Shown: positions 28,401-37,900 of the stretch, piece by piece
Numbering within the stretch: position 1 is the first letter of the stretch
How the letters are laid out: each line of letters begins with the position of its first letter
Source: Macrostomum hystrix
Taxonomy: Eukaryota; Animalia; Platyhelminthes
Reading direction: 5' to 3'
Length of the DNA: 64,000 bases
NCBI GenBank assembly: GCA_950097015.1
Contig: CATNEN010000039.1
Coordinates: 5,642,001 to 5,706,000, forward strand
The notes under the pieces: model-generated
What the model was told of the DNA's origin: nothing
The model's database searches: none
What the model saw: the letters and a program-made list of their open reading frames with translations, nothing else
Translations under genes and position numbers: made by a program

Positions 28401-31400
28401 CCAGGACGTGGACTCGTGTTCGCTGGCCGCCATCGTCGACAGAGCTGCGCGGCTTGAGCTGGTGAGCCACGCGACTACAGCCTCATCAGCTGCGGTGTCA
28501 GTGGAAGACAGACGGCTGAGCCAGCTGGAGCAGCAGATGCAGCAGCTGACAGCCAGCGTGCGAGCGGGACCACCCGGAAGAGACAGGCGTCAGAAGGGAC
28601 CCATTAAGTGCTTCAGCTGCGGCGAGCTGGGTCACATCGCTAGGCGGTGCCCAAAGGCGACCGGCATCCGCTGCAGCCGGTGCTCAGGCAAAGGTCACTC
28701 CGCCGCGGTGTGCCCGACACCAACTGGACAGCCGCAGGGAAACTTCTGAGGGTCGGCAGCCTGGGGCCAGCACCGACCCGCTCAAAAGGGGCCCTTAGAT
28801 CAGCGCCTTCAGTCTTCGTGAAGGTGCACTTTGGCAGCGTGTCAGCGCCCGCTCTGCTCGACACCGGCGCGCAAGTTTCGTTGATGGATAAGTCACTGTT
28901 CGACAGATTGCCGTGCAAGATCGACTGCACCGACATCGGTGCGCTGCCGACTGCTGTCGACGGATCCCGGCTGCGCTGCCTAGGCCTGTCAGCAGCGGAT
29001 GTTTCTATCGGCAAGACCATCCGCGTGCGCCATCGCTTCACAGTCGTGGACGGCATCCAGCCCAGCCTGATCATCGGCATGGACTTCATCGGCGAGGTGT
29101 CGCAGGCGATGACCATCGACATTAAAGAAGGCGTCGTTAAGTTTGATAGTACAACTGTGCCTTTCAGCAGCGAGCCGGCTCGAGCAGACTGTCGCCTGGT
29201 ACCGAGTGTCCTGGTGGCGCGTGTGGCGGCAACTACGGAGCTGCCCGCCCGCAGCGAGAAGCTGGTGTGGCTCAAGGTGGATTCCAGCGGCGAGCAGGGA
29301 GTCTTTGAGCCGGCTGAGGACTTCGTGAAGTCCACCGCCATCCTGCCGGCCCGCGTGCTGGCGGTCTCAGATGGCTGCCGCATCCCGGTGAAAATGTGCA
29401 ACCTGGCAGAGGAGCCCGTGCTGCTGTACGCCAACAAGGCGGTCGGCACGTTCGAAGGCGCGATGACAGACGAGGACGGTCGCCAGGAGGCGGCCCATGA
29501 GACCCCCGTCGGTTGGAACATCAACGCGGAGCTGCCCGAACGGGATGCTGCGAGGCTGCGACAGCTGCTGGAGCGCAACGAGGACCTGTTCGCAAGGCAC
29601 GAGTACGACCTGGGCACGACGGCGTTGCTGCAACACCAGATCGAGCTGGTGCCCGGAGCGCGGCCACACCGGCAGGTCCAGCGCAGGCTGCCACTGTCTG
29701 TGCGAGGCCAGGTGGACAAAAAGATCGGCCAGATGCTGGACAGCGGCATCATCGAGCCGTCGACATCGCCATGGGCCAGCAACCTGCTGGTAGTCCGCAA
29801 GAAAGACGGCGACATCAGACTGTGCACGGACTGGCGGCAGATCAACGCCTGCACCGTCAGGGACGCGTACCCGCTACCGCACCTGCAGCAGGCCATGGAT
29901 GCGCTTGTCGGATGCTCCTGGTTCTCCACCATCGACTGCCGGCAGGGCTACCACCAGGTGGAGGTGGCGGAGGAGGACCGGCACAAGACGGCCTTCTATT
30001 CGACGCGCGGCCTGATGCAATTCTGCAAGATGGGCTTCGGTATGTGCAACGCCCCGGCGACGTTCCAGCGGCTCATGGAGCTTGTGATGTCTGGCCTGTC
30101 TTGGGAGTCCGTGCTGACTTACATCGACGACATCATTGTCTTCAGCAGGACGTTCGACGACCACTTAGAGAGGCTGGCGGAAGTTTTCAAGCGGTTGCGA
30201 GACGCGGGACTCAAGCTGCACAAGGCCAAGAGCGCGTTCGGTCATCGCCGGGTGCTGTACCTGGGACACCTGATCAGCGAGCAGGGCATCGCACCGGATC
30301 CCGGCAAGGTCGAGGCCATTCGCAGCATGCCCAGCCCAACAACGACCGAGGAGGTGAAGCGGTTCCTCGGAATGTTGGGGTTCTACCGCCGGTTCATCCC
30401 AGGCTTCAGCCAGACGGCGAGGGTCCTGCATGACGTCAGCGTGAAATCGAGGGACTTTGAGTGGAGCAGCGACTGCGAGCGAGCGTTCCACGAGTTGAAA
30501 GATCAGCTGACGACGGCTCCGGTGCTGAGGCTGCCGGATTTCACCAAGCAGTTCGTGCTCAGCTGCGACAGCAGTCAGTTCGCCGTCGGGGCGGTGCTCA
30601 GCCAGCTGCACGGAGACGCCGAGCTGCCTGTGGCGTTCGCCTCGCGCACCCTCAACAAGGCCGAGCGCAACTACTCGGCGACCGACCGTGAGCTGCTGGC
30701 GCTGGTCTGGAGTTTGAAGCACTTCAGGACGTACCTGCTGAGTGTCCCGAACTTCAGAGTCTACTCGGATCACCGGCCACTGCAAGGTCTGCTGACAACG
30801 AAGGACCCCGAAGGTCGGCTGGCGCGATGGCTTTCGACGCTGCAGCAGTTTTCGTTCGAGCTGCTGTACCGACCTGGCAGGGACAACGTCGTGCCGGATG
30901 CGCTGAGCCGGGTGGCCGGCACGCGCCTGCAGCCTCGGTGGGACGACAGCAGCCTACACGAGGAGCAACGGCAAGACCCGCTGCTGAGCAAGGCGTTCCA
31001 GGCGCTGACCGAAGGGGTCGACAGCCTGTCCGATTCATGGGTGGCGCAGGTTCGCGAGCTGCTGGACGGGGCCTCGGTGAGCTCGGCGGGTGTCCTGCTG
31101 GTGGGTGGCCGGCCAGTCATTCCCGGTCACCTGCGGCCACATTTCCTGCAGCAGGCGCACTCGTGCGACCAGAGCGGACACCTCGGCGTCGACAGGACCG
31201 GAGCGAGGCTGTCTGAGCGCTGCTGGTGGCCTGGTCTGCGACGGGACGTCGAGAACTGGGTGGCCAGCTGCGCGGTCTGCCTGGCCAAGAAGAGTCCAAC
31301 CAAGCCGCAGAAAGCGCCGCTGCAGTCGACGTGCCAGCCGACGGCTCCGTGGCAGCTGGTGCAGATCGACATCAAAGGGCCGCTTCCGCGTACGACCGAT

Positions 31401-33244
31401 GGCAAGGCGTACATCCTGAGCATGTGCGACGCCTTCTCCAAGTGGATGGAGACGGCAGCCCTGGCGGGGATCGACGCGGTGACGGTGGCAGATGCACTGC
31501 TCAAGTCGGTAGTTCTGCGTCACGGCGCTCCTCAGGTGCTGCACAGTGACCAGGGGCGTCAATTCGAGAGCGAGGTGTTCGGCCGGCTCTGCGAGCAGCT
31601 GGGCGTCGAGAAGACGCGCACGTCGCCGTTTCATCCGAGCGGAAACGGAATCGTCGAGCGAGGCAACCGGACGCTCGGTGACATGCTGGCGACGACGGTG
31701 GCCGAGAACCAGCAGGACTGGGACAGCAAGCTGCCGTATGTGACCTGGGCCTACAATACCTCCGTGCACAGGACGACCGGCCTCAGCCCATACCAGGTCC
31801 TCCACGGCTGGCCACGGAGGCTGGCTCTCGACAGTTGGCTGATAAGCGGCGACCGGCCGGCAGCCGACGGTGAACATCACGGCTTCTTGCGGCGGACTCA
31901 GGAGAACCTGCAGAGCGCCTTCGACACGGTGCACAGCCGACTGCGAAGCGCCCAGGTCGAGCGCAACCGGCTGGCCAACCGGGACTCTCGGTTCGTGCCG
32001 TTCGAAGAGGGCCAGCTAGTGATGCTGCGCAACTCTGTCATCAAGCGCGGCCAGACACGGTGCCTCAGCGCCAAGTGGAAGGGGCCGTACCGAGTCCTGA
32101 GGCGTCTGGGTGAGGTCAATTACCGCATCCAGGACGAGGCTGGCCGCAGGCGCCGGCTGGTGGTGCACCACGACCGCCTCAAGCGCTTCGTGCAGCGGCG
32201 GGCGTCACTGGAGCTTCCAGCCGCTGCAGACCGTCGACCGCCGGCCGCCGACGCCGACAACGACGGCACCGCCGCAGAGCCGCCCGGGCAAGCGGCCGAT
32301 CCTGGCGGCGATGCAGTGGCCTTCTGGCCCGAGCTGCAGGCAGACGAGGTACACGAGGAGCCGCCGGCGGCACCGGCCGAGCCGGTCATTGTTCCGCGGC
32401 GATCGGCTAGAGAGCGGCGGCCACCGGATTTGTACATGGCGGGCTTTGCTTGACTTGGGACTGTCTTTTGCTTCTAGGGGGAAAGTAGTGTAGTCTGGCT
32501 TGTTGGTGCGCGTGCACTTAGATGTGCACGCGCGGCTTGTTTGGGGTGGGGGGTTTAGCGCTGCAGCGTGCGTTCGCTTAGGGTGGTTGCACCCGACCCA
32601 ACTTTGCCGTTAAATATATTTGCGTGAGCCAGTGAGGGCTCCTGGCGTGATTGTTATGTTCTACAACTTAACCCACGGTCTTACAGTAAGCTGAACTGGG
32701 CATACGCGCATCTGCTGAGCTTACGGTCGCTAAGACTGACATTGTCGCATTCCTTAGGTTTGAGCAAGAATATAACAGTGGAAGCCTTGTTCATTCCAGA
32801 TACGCCACAAGCAACAAGACGGTGCTCACCCACAAGCTCGGCTTTAGATGCCTTCCACCAACGCCTCCAGCCTACGCCTTTGGCGGTGCCAATCCGGCCT
32901 TCGATCCGGCTGCCTTCGAGACCAACGACGACGACGAGTTTCTGCCTGCCAGCATGGCAGCTTACAAAGCGGCTGCTTCATCGGGGGTCGCCAGGCACCG
33001 GCCAGTGGCACCGTGGGATGGCAACATCCGGTTCGAAGCTTCTCGGCCGTATCACAACGCATCGTCTTCAAGCAGTGCAGTCGCCAGCGCCGCCGCCGCT
33101 GCAGCTTCCAATGGTCGTCGAGTTGTCGTCGGTCTTGATAACGATGCGGATTTCGGCAGCACTGACGTCGATGAAGGCCGCACAGAGTCTTCACCGCCGC
33201 CTCTCTACAGCTCAATCTACCTGCTGAGCGACACCAAGATCTGA
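7432..33244 (+). CDS. USH2A: Usherin (long transmembrane form), about 27 exons: signal peptide, LamG-like, laminin N-terminal, laminin-EGF repeats, FN3 arrays, 2 LamG, Cys-rich region, TM, cytoplasmic tail
   Basis: Domain order matches usherin. Signal peptide at 7432; LN about 9620-10690; LE repeats 10858-12360; LamG pair about 14030-15340; Cys-rich CC repeats about 20310-21280; FN3 repeats with ACTxxGC and PPxxPNG motifs to about 26990; [21 protein letters not shown] followed by the usherin-type PFVRERQPL; C-terminus DTKI. Last exons 26770-27292, 27390-27507, 27651-27733 and 32800-33244 are phase-compatible. Confidence 0.93.
7715..7880 (-). mobile_element. Short decayed RTE-like LINE 3' fragment in usherin intron 1
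   Basis: Minus strand reads [32 protein letters not shown] across a frameshift, resembling the RRRL.LAGH C-terminal region of RTE-type ORF2. Confidence 0.5.
8657..8962 (+). mobile_element. tRNA-derived SINE, about 300 bp
   Basis: A-box-like GTGGCAGAGCGG, B-box-like CTTGATTC, body GTGTGCTCAGGAG and CCCTCCTGCA, (ATT)n tail; homologous to 44204 and 46209. Confidence 0.75.
21813..22070 (+). mobile_element. Second SINE-like element (CORE-like) in a usherin intron
   Basis: TAGCCTTGTGGTTAGAGCG A-box, GGTTTGATTCC B-box, then GTGTCCTTTAGAAAGACACTTAAC...ATGGGTACC, resembling the CORE-SINE domain. 3' end approximate. Confidence 0.55.
27738..27934 (+). repeat. 5' LTR (197 bp)
   Basis: TGTAGTCTGG...GGTCTTACA; differs from the 3' LTR at only 2 adjacent positions by eye. 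Confidence 0.96.
27936..27948 (+). promoter_or_regulatory. Primer-binding site, tRNA-Leu type
   Basis: TGGTGGCAGCGGT, 1 nt after the LTR, is complementary to the ACCGCTGCCACCA 3' end of tRNA-Leu(AAG/TAG). Confidence 0.85.
27955..28749 (+). CDS. gag: Gag (264 aa) with two CCHC zinc knuckles
   Basis: PSKFSGD..WL..FE capsid-like start; [14 protein letters not shown] and [14 protein letters not shown]. Confidence 0.93.
   Translation: MAKSEQASLLPSKFSGDSNVRTWLSTFEDFADDCEWDDKKKAKKLRLLVTGEAQIFVWEQPEDVSASYEKLKEKLIECFGNSLSCYRAMEDFEERKRQPNESLRELAYSLKLLHLRARPDDSVAAREKDVKFRLMRLLPSAVRDALLKDQDVDSCSLAAIVDRAARLELVSHATTASSAAVSVEDRRLSQLEQQMQQLTASVRAGPPGRDRRQKGPIKCFSCGELGHIARRCPKATGIRCSRCSGKGHSAAVCPTPTGQPQGNF
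28737..32453 (+). CDS. pol: Pol (protease, RT, RNase H, integrase) in the -1 frame relative to gag
   Basis: LLDTGA protease; YIDD RT; CDSS/RELLA/SDH RNase H; H-H-C-C zinc finger; D,D(35)E core (IDIKG, HSDQG, VER); KWKGPY motif. No stops. Confidence 0.95.
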   Translation, partial: GKLLRVGSLGPAPTRSKGALRSAPSVFVKVHFGSVSAPALLDTGAQVSLMDKSLFDRLPCKIDCTDIGALPTAVDGSRLRCLGLSAADVSIGKTIRVRHRFTVVDGIQPSLIIGMDFIGEVSQAMTIDIKEGVVKFDSTTVPFSSEPARADCRLVPSVLVARVAATTELPARSEKLVWLKVDSSGEQGVFEPAEDFVKSTAILPARVLAVSDGCRIPVKMCNLAEEPVLLYANKAVGTFEGAMTDEDGRQEAAHETPVGWNINAELPERDAARLRQLLERNEDLFARHEYDLGTTALLQHQIELVPGARPHRQVQRRLPLSVRGQVDKKIGQMLDSGIIEPSTSPWASNLLVVRKKDGDIRLCTDWRQINACTVRDAYPLPHLQQAMDALVGCSWFSTIDCRQGYHQVEVAEEDRHKTAFYSTRGLMQFCKMGFGMCNAPATFQRLMELVMSGLSWESVLTYIDDIIVFSRTFDDHLERLAEVFKRLRDAGLKLHKAKSAFGHRRVLYLGHLISEQGIAPDPGKVEAIRSMPSPTTTEEVKRFLGMLGFYRRFIPGFSQTARVLHDVSVKSRDFEWSSDCERAFHELKDQLTTAPVLRLPDFTKQFVLSCDSSQFAVGAVLSQLHGDAELPVAFASRTLNKAERNYSATDRELLALVWSLKHFRTYLLSVPNFRVYSDHRPLQGLLTTKDPEGRLARWLSTLQQFSFELLYRPGRDNVVPDALSRVAGTRLQPRWDDSSLHEEQRQDPLLSKAFQALTEGVDSLSDSWVAQVRELLDGASVSSAGVLLVGGRPVIPGHLRPHFLQQAHSCDQSGHLGVDRTGARLSERCWWPGLRRDVENWVASCAVCLAKKSPTKPQKAPLQSTCQPTAPWQLVQIDIKGPLPRTTDGKAYILSMCDAFSKWMETAALAGIDAVTVADALLKSVVLRHGAPQVLHSDQGRQFESEVFGRLCEQLGVEKTRTSPFHPSGNGIVERGNRTLGDMLATTVAENQQDWDSKLPYVTWAYNTSVHRTTGLSPYQVLHGWPRRLALDSWLISGDRPAADGEHHGFLRRTQENLQSAFDTVHSRLRSAQVERNRLANRDSRFVPFEEGQLVMLRNSVIKRGQTRCLSAKWKGPYRVLRRLGEVNYRIQDEAGRRRRLVVHHDRLKRFVQRRASLELPAAADRRPPAADADNDGTAAEPPGQAADPGGDAVAFWPELQADEVHEEPPAAPAEPVIVPRRSARERRPPDLYMAGFA
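32476..32488 (+). promoter_or_regulatory. Polypurine tract
   Basis: AGGGGGAAAGTAG immediately before the 3' LTR. Confidence 0.85.
32489..32685 (+). repeat. 3' LTR (197 bp)
   Basis: Copy of 27738-27934. Confidence 0.96.
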
Positions 33245-34985
33245 GTGACCCGCTTCACAGTTTCATCTCTAGTTTCGGATTATCCAGACCGTGTGACAGT
33301 AGAAATCGTGGACCAATTAGAGTGGTTTGTGACAACTGTTTACTCTGAGTATGATTGAAAATGTATTAAGCGCACCCTTTCTAGCTGTGTTAGGCGCCAT
33401 TTTGGCCATTTAATATACTCAGCAACTTTGAAAACTGGCAACTTACACCAAGACGCAACGTGCACTCCGCTTGATTAGAAAATGGGGAGTACCACAATAA
33501 CTTGATGCACATCAGTGCAACATTGCCAGTAAACGAGTAACCGGTGTTGACTCCCAAATGTTTCGCGAGCACTAGCCTCAAGATGAGCAAGGAAGCTATG
33601 AACTCAATAGCTCAACGATGAGCTATGACTCGCGGTTGCTTCATGAACTACTAGCGAGTCATGGCATTGCCTTCTATTTCTGAGACACAATTTGACTAAC
33701 ATTAACTAGCTCATAATAACGAGTCGCAAATACAATACGAGCAAATACAATGCTCGTACAACACAATAGTTGCGCGGCTTTTGCCAGATGCTCAGCAAAT
33801 AGACATCCATGTTTTCGTGATCTGATCGCGCTGCGTCATTAGCACGGTTTTCCGACAAAGCGCACAGGTTCCACAGGTGCGGTTTCCAATGTTGCTGAGT
33901 TTATATTACTCAAATTCCTAAATTCTACGTAGATCCTAACAGCTAAAATAAAGCTTAACAATAGGAAATACTATGCTTTGCTTTAACTCGTACAGAAAAG
34001 CGAAAATGTGAATCTACGAGTACGATCTCATATGAACAGTGTTGAACGACATTCGTTGTACTAATAAGCAATTCGTACGAGCTACGAATCTACTATAATC
34101 TACTTTAAAATGCTCTGTTATATGTGCCTTTTATTTTATAGTGTAGACATTTTCACTTTCGATTTTTCATTGATGCACTTGTCTGAGTTCTGTCTGTCAA
34201 TAGTCGAACTACACTATTTTACAATGCACCCGATACTAAATCAAATACAATTTATACAGCCCTCCTAGATCTGCTTCACTATTCCTATTTTACTTATAAT
34301 AATTCACAAAAGTAAGCTTGTATTGTGTTTTGTGTATTACAATATCTTTTCGGTAGCCGTTTTGAACCAAAAAATCCGAGAGTTGTTGCGGATGAAGTGG
34401 ACGAGGCCCGCCCCGAAGACAACCAGGTCGCCGACCCTACGGGCAGCTGGGAGATGAGGCAGAGGCCGGGGAGGTTCGCAGAGGTTTCTGCGGACCAGAC
34501 CGAATACGGGGCGGGATTCCCCTTGGTATAAACATGGGCGCGCAAAATGGCTTGGTAGTCCTACTGTAAATATACGAGCAATATTAAACATGGAATTCTT
34601 CCGCTCAGTTTTTCGGCCAATACTTTCCTGCCGGCGATCAAACAGCGCATTTTCCTTAGTTTGATCACTGAACTCATCGTTGCTATAAAATCTTTCACAT
34701 GACGAGTTTTAATTTAATTTTGATTTACTTTCTTGTTTAAAAAGACAATTTCTCACATAGGTGTTCGCAATGATTATTTGTTGAACTGTGCCTGGGTGCT
34801 GGGGTCTCACGTGATTATCAAGCTATGTCTGGTTGGGGTTAAAGTACACCAATCTTCAAACACATCTCTCCGGTCGCCTATTTAGCGAGTCTGAGAATCA
34901 GCAGATGATTAAAAGTTGGGTTGAATAAAAGTACAAGCTACAGAGGTCACTTGGCGAAGTTGGCAGTCACAGTTGAGTAGTTGCA

Positions 34986-37900
34986 CTAGTTCAGTTCCTT
35001 GTCCACAATGATCTCGCCGAGGCCGGTGCCAGCCCTGGAGAGGCGGGCGATCAGCTCCCTGAGGTCGCGAATGCCGTTGACCTGCTCAGCGAGGAACTCC
35101 GACTCAATGAAGTCCACGAGCTGCGGAGTGCGGTTTGAGTTGGTAAAACTGTCTGATTCTGGGATCATAGCAACGAAATTATAAATGGCGGGGATTTCTA
35201 AGCAGGTGAGATTTGGGGATTTCTCAACCAGATCAGATTGTGGGATCTGGGGATTTCTCAGCCCAGATGAGATTGTGGGATCTGGGGATTTCTCAGCCAG
35301 AAAATATTCAGGGATCTGGTGATTTCTCAACCAGATCAGATTGTGGGATCTGGGAATTTCTCAACCCAGATAAGATTATGGGATCTGGGGATTTCTCAAC
35401 CCAGATAAGATTGTGGGATCTGGGGATTTCTCAACCCAGATGAGATTGTGGGATCTGGGGATTTCTCAACCAGATCAGATTGTGGGATCTGGGGATTTCC
35501 CAACCAGATGAGATTGTGGGATCTGGGGATTTCTCAACCAGATCAGATTGTGGGATTTGGGGATTTCTCAACCCAGATGAGATTGTGGGATCTGGGGATT
35601 TCTCAACCAGATCAGATTGTGGGATCTGGGGATTTCCCAACCAGATGAGATTGTGGGATCTGGGGATTTCTCAACCAGATCAGATTGTGGGATTTGGGGA
35701 TTTCCCAACCAGATGAGATTGTGGGATCTGGGGATTTATCAGTCTGAAAATATTCTGGGATACGGGAATTATCTTGACCCCACGGTTGCGACACAACGGA
35801 ACTTGGCCTCGTCGCGGATCAGAACTGGGTGTCCATGGGATACTTCGCTACTTCGCCCCTCAACTGTTGTCTATTTGTCAGAAAGCTTCTCTGACATCTG
35901 CCCGCACCAATGGGCCACAAAGCATTCTAGAACAAGAAAGCGCCAATGCGCTGCAACTTACATGCGGATCGCTCTCCATATCGGCCCGGTCGCGCAGGCT
36001 GTACAGCTCCTGGGTGATGTTGAGCTCAGCCTCCAGGGCCATCTTGGTGGCGCCCAGGGCGGTGGACCACTCGTACTTGTGGTGCGGCTGCAATTGAATA
36101 GTCGGGAAATCGGCTTTGTTTTGGCACGCATGCAACTAGCTGGCTTAGACCTTTTGTCATGCGACTCACCGTAATGGGCTTTAGCTTGACGTGACCGCCG
36201 CGCTTGTTCAGGTAGTCGATGAGTTTGTGCGCGTGTTCGCGCTCCTCATCGGCGGCCTTCTTGAAGAGCTTCTTGAAGCCGGGCAGGCCAACGCTGGGCC
36301 GGCCGAAGTAGCTGCTCTGCAATTGGTTTCACCAGCGCCGAAGAGTTTGCGAGCATTTTTGCTGATGAGAATCGGGACTTCTCGTCAAAGAGACATACGG
36401 GATTTCAAGATGGGGATCGAGTGTTATCTGGGATTTCAAGATGGGGATCGAGTGTTATCTGGGATTTCAAGATGGGGATCGAGTGTTATCTGGGATTTCA
36501 AGATGGGGATCGGTTGTTATCTGGGATTTCAAGATGGGGATCGGTTGTTATCTGGGATTTCAAGATTGGGATCGGTTGCTATCTGGGATTTCAAGATGGG
36601 GATCGAGTGTTCTCTGGGATTTCAAGATGGGGATCGAGTGTTCTCTGGGATTTCAAGATGGGGATCGAGTGTTCTCTGGGATTTCAAGATGGGGATCGAG
36701 TGTTCTCTGGGATTTCAAGATGGGGATCGAGTGTTATCTGGGATTTCAAGATGGGGATCGAGTGTTATCTGGGATTTCAAGATGGGGATCGAGTGTTCTC
36801 TGGGATTTCAAGATGGGGATCGAGTGTTATCTGGGATTTCAAGATGGGGATCGAGTGTTATCTGGGATTTCAAGATGGGGATCGGTTGTTATCTGGGATT
36901 TCAAGATTGGGATCGGTTGCTATCTGGGATTTCAAGATGGGGATCGAGTGTTCTCTGGGATTTCAAGATGGGGATCGAGTGTTCTCTGGGATTTCAAGAT
37001 GGGGATCGAGTGTTCTCTGGGATTTCAAGATGGGGATCGAGTGTTCTCTGGGATTTCAAGATGGGGATCGAGTGTTATCTGGGATTTCAAGATGGGGATC
37101 GAGTGTTATCTGGGATTTCAAGATGGGGATCGAGTGTTCTCTGGGATTTCAAGATGGGGATCGAGTGTTATCTGGGATTTCAAGATGGGGATCGGTTGTT
37201 ATCTGGGATTTCAAGATGGGGATCGGTTGTTATCTGGGATTTCAAGATGGGGATCGGTTGCTATCTGGGATTTCAAGATGGGGGATCGAGTGTTCACTGG
37301 GATTTCAAGATGGGGATCGAGTGTTATCTGGGATTTCAAGATGGGGATCGAGTGTTATCTGGGATTTCAAGATGGGGATCGAGTGTTATCTGGGATTTCA
37401 AGATGGGGATCGGTTGTTATCTGGGATTTCAAGATGGGGATCGGTTGTTATCTGGGATTTCAAGATTGGGATCGGTTGCTATCTGGGATTTCAAGATGGG
37501 GGATCGAGTGTTCTCTGGGATTTCAAGATGGGGATCGAGTGTTCTCTGGGATTTCAAGATGGGGATCGAGTGTTCTCTGGGATTTCAAGATGGGGATCGG
37601 TTGCTATCTGGGATTTCAAGATGGGGGATCGAGTGTTCTCTGGGATTTCAAGATGGGGATCGAGTGTTATCTGGGATTTCAAGATGGGGATCGAGTGTTA
37701 TCTGGGATTTCAAGATGGGGATCGAGTGTTCTCTGGGATTTCAAGATGGGGATGGAGTGTTATCTGGGATTTCAAGATGGGGATCGAGTGTTCTCTGGGA
37801 TTTCAAGATGGGGATCGAGTGTTCTCTGGGATTTCAAGATGGGGATCGAGTGTTCTCTGGGATTTCAAGATGGGGATCGAGTGTTATCTGGGATTTCAAG

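Larger units (their letters stand above)
27738..32685 (+). mobile_element. Full-length Ty3/Gypsy LTR retrotransposon (4948 bp) with 4-bp TSD GTAA
   Basis: Two 197-bp TG...CA LTRs, PBS, PPT, uninterrupted gag and pol in PR-RT-RH-IN order; GTAA at 27734-27737 and 32686-32689. Confidence 0.97.

Noticed and set aside
28640-32437. Long antisense and alternative-frame ORFs in the Gypsy element (430, 306, 299 aa)
   Set aside because: Expected shadows of GC-rich pol codon usage; no motifs, and no env or chromodomain seen.
34325-34531. GC-rich open segment between usherin and ferritin
   Set aside because: No recognisable motif or linkable exons; left uncalled.
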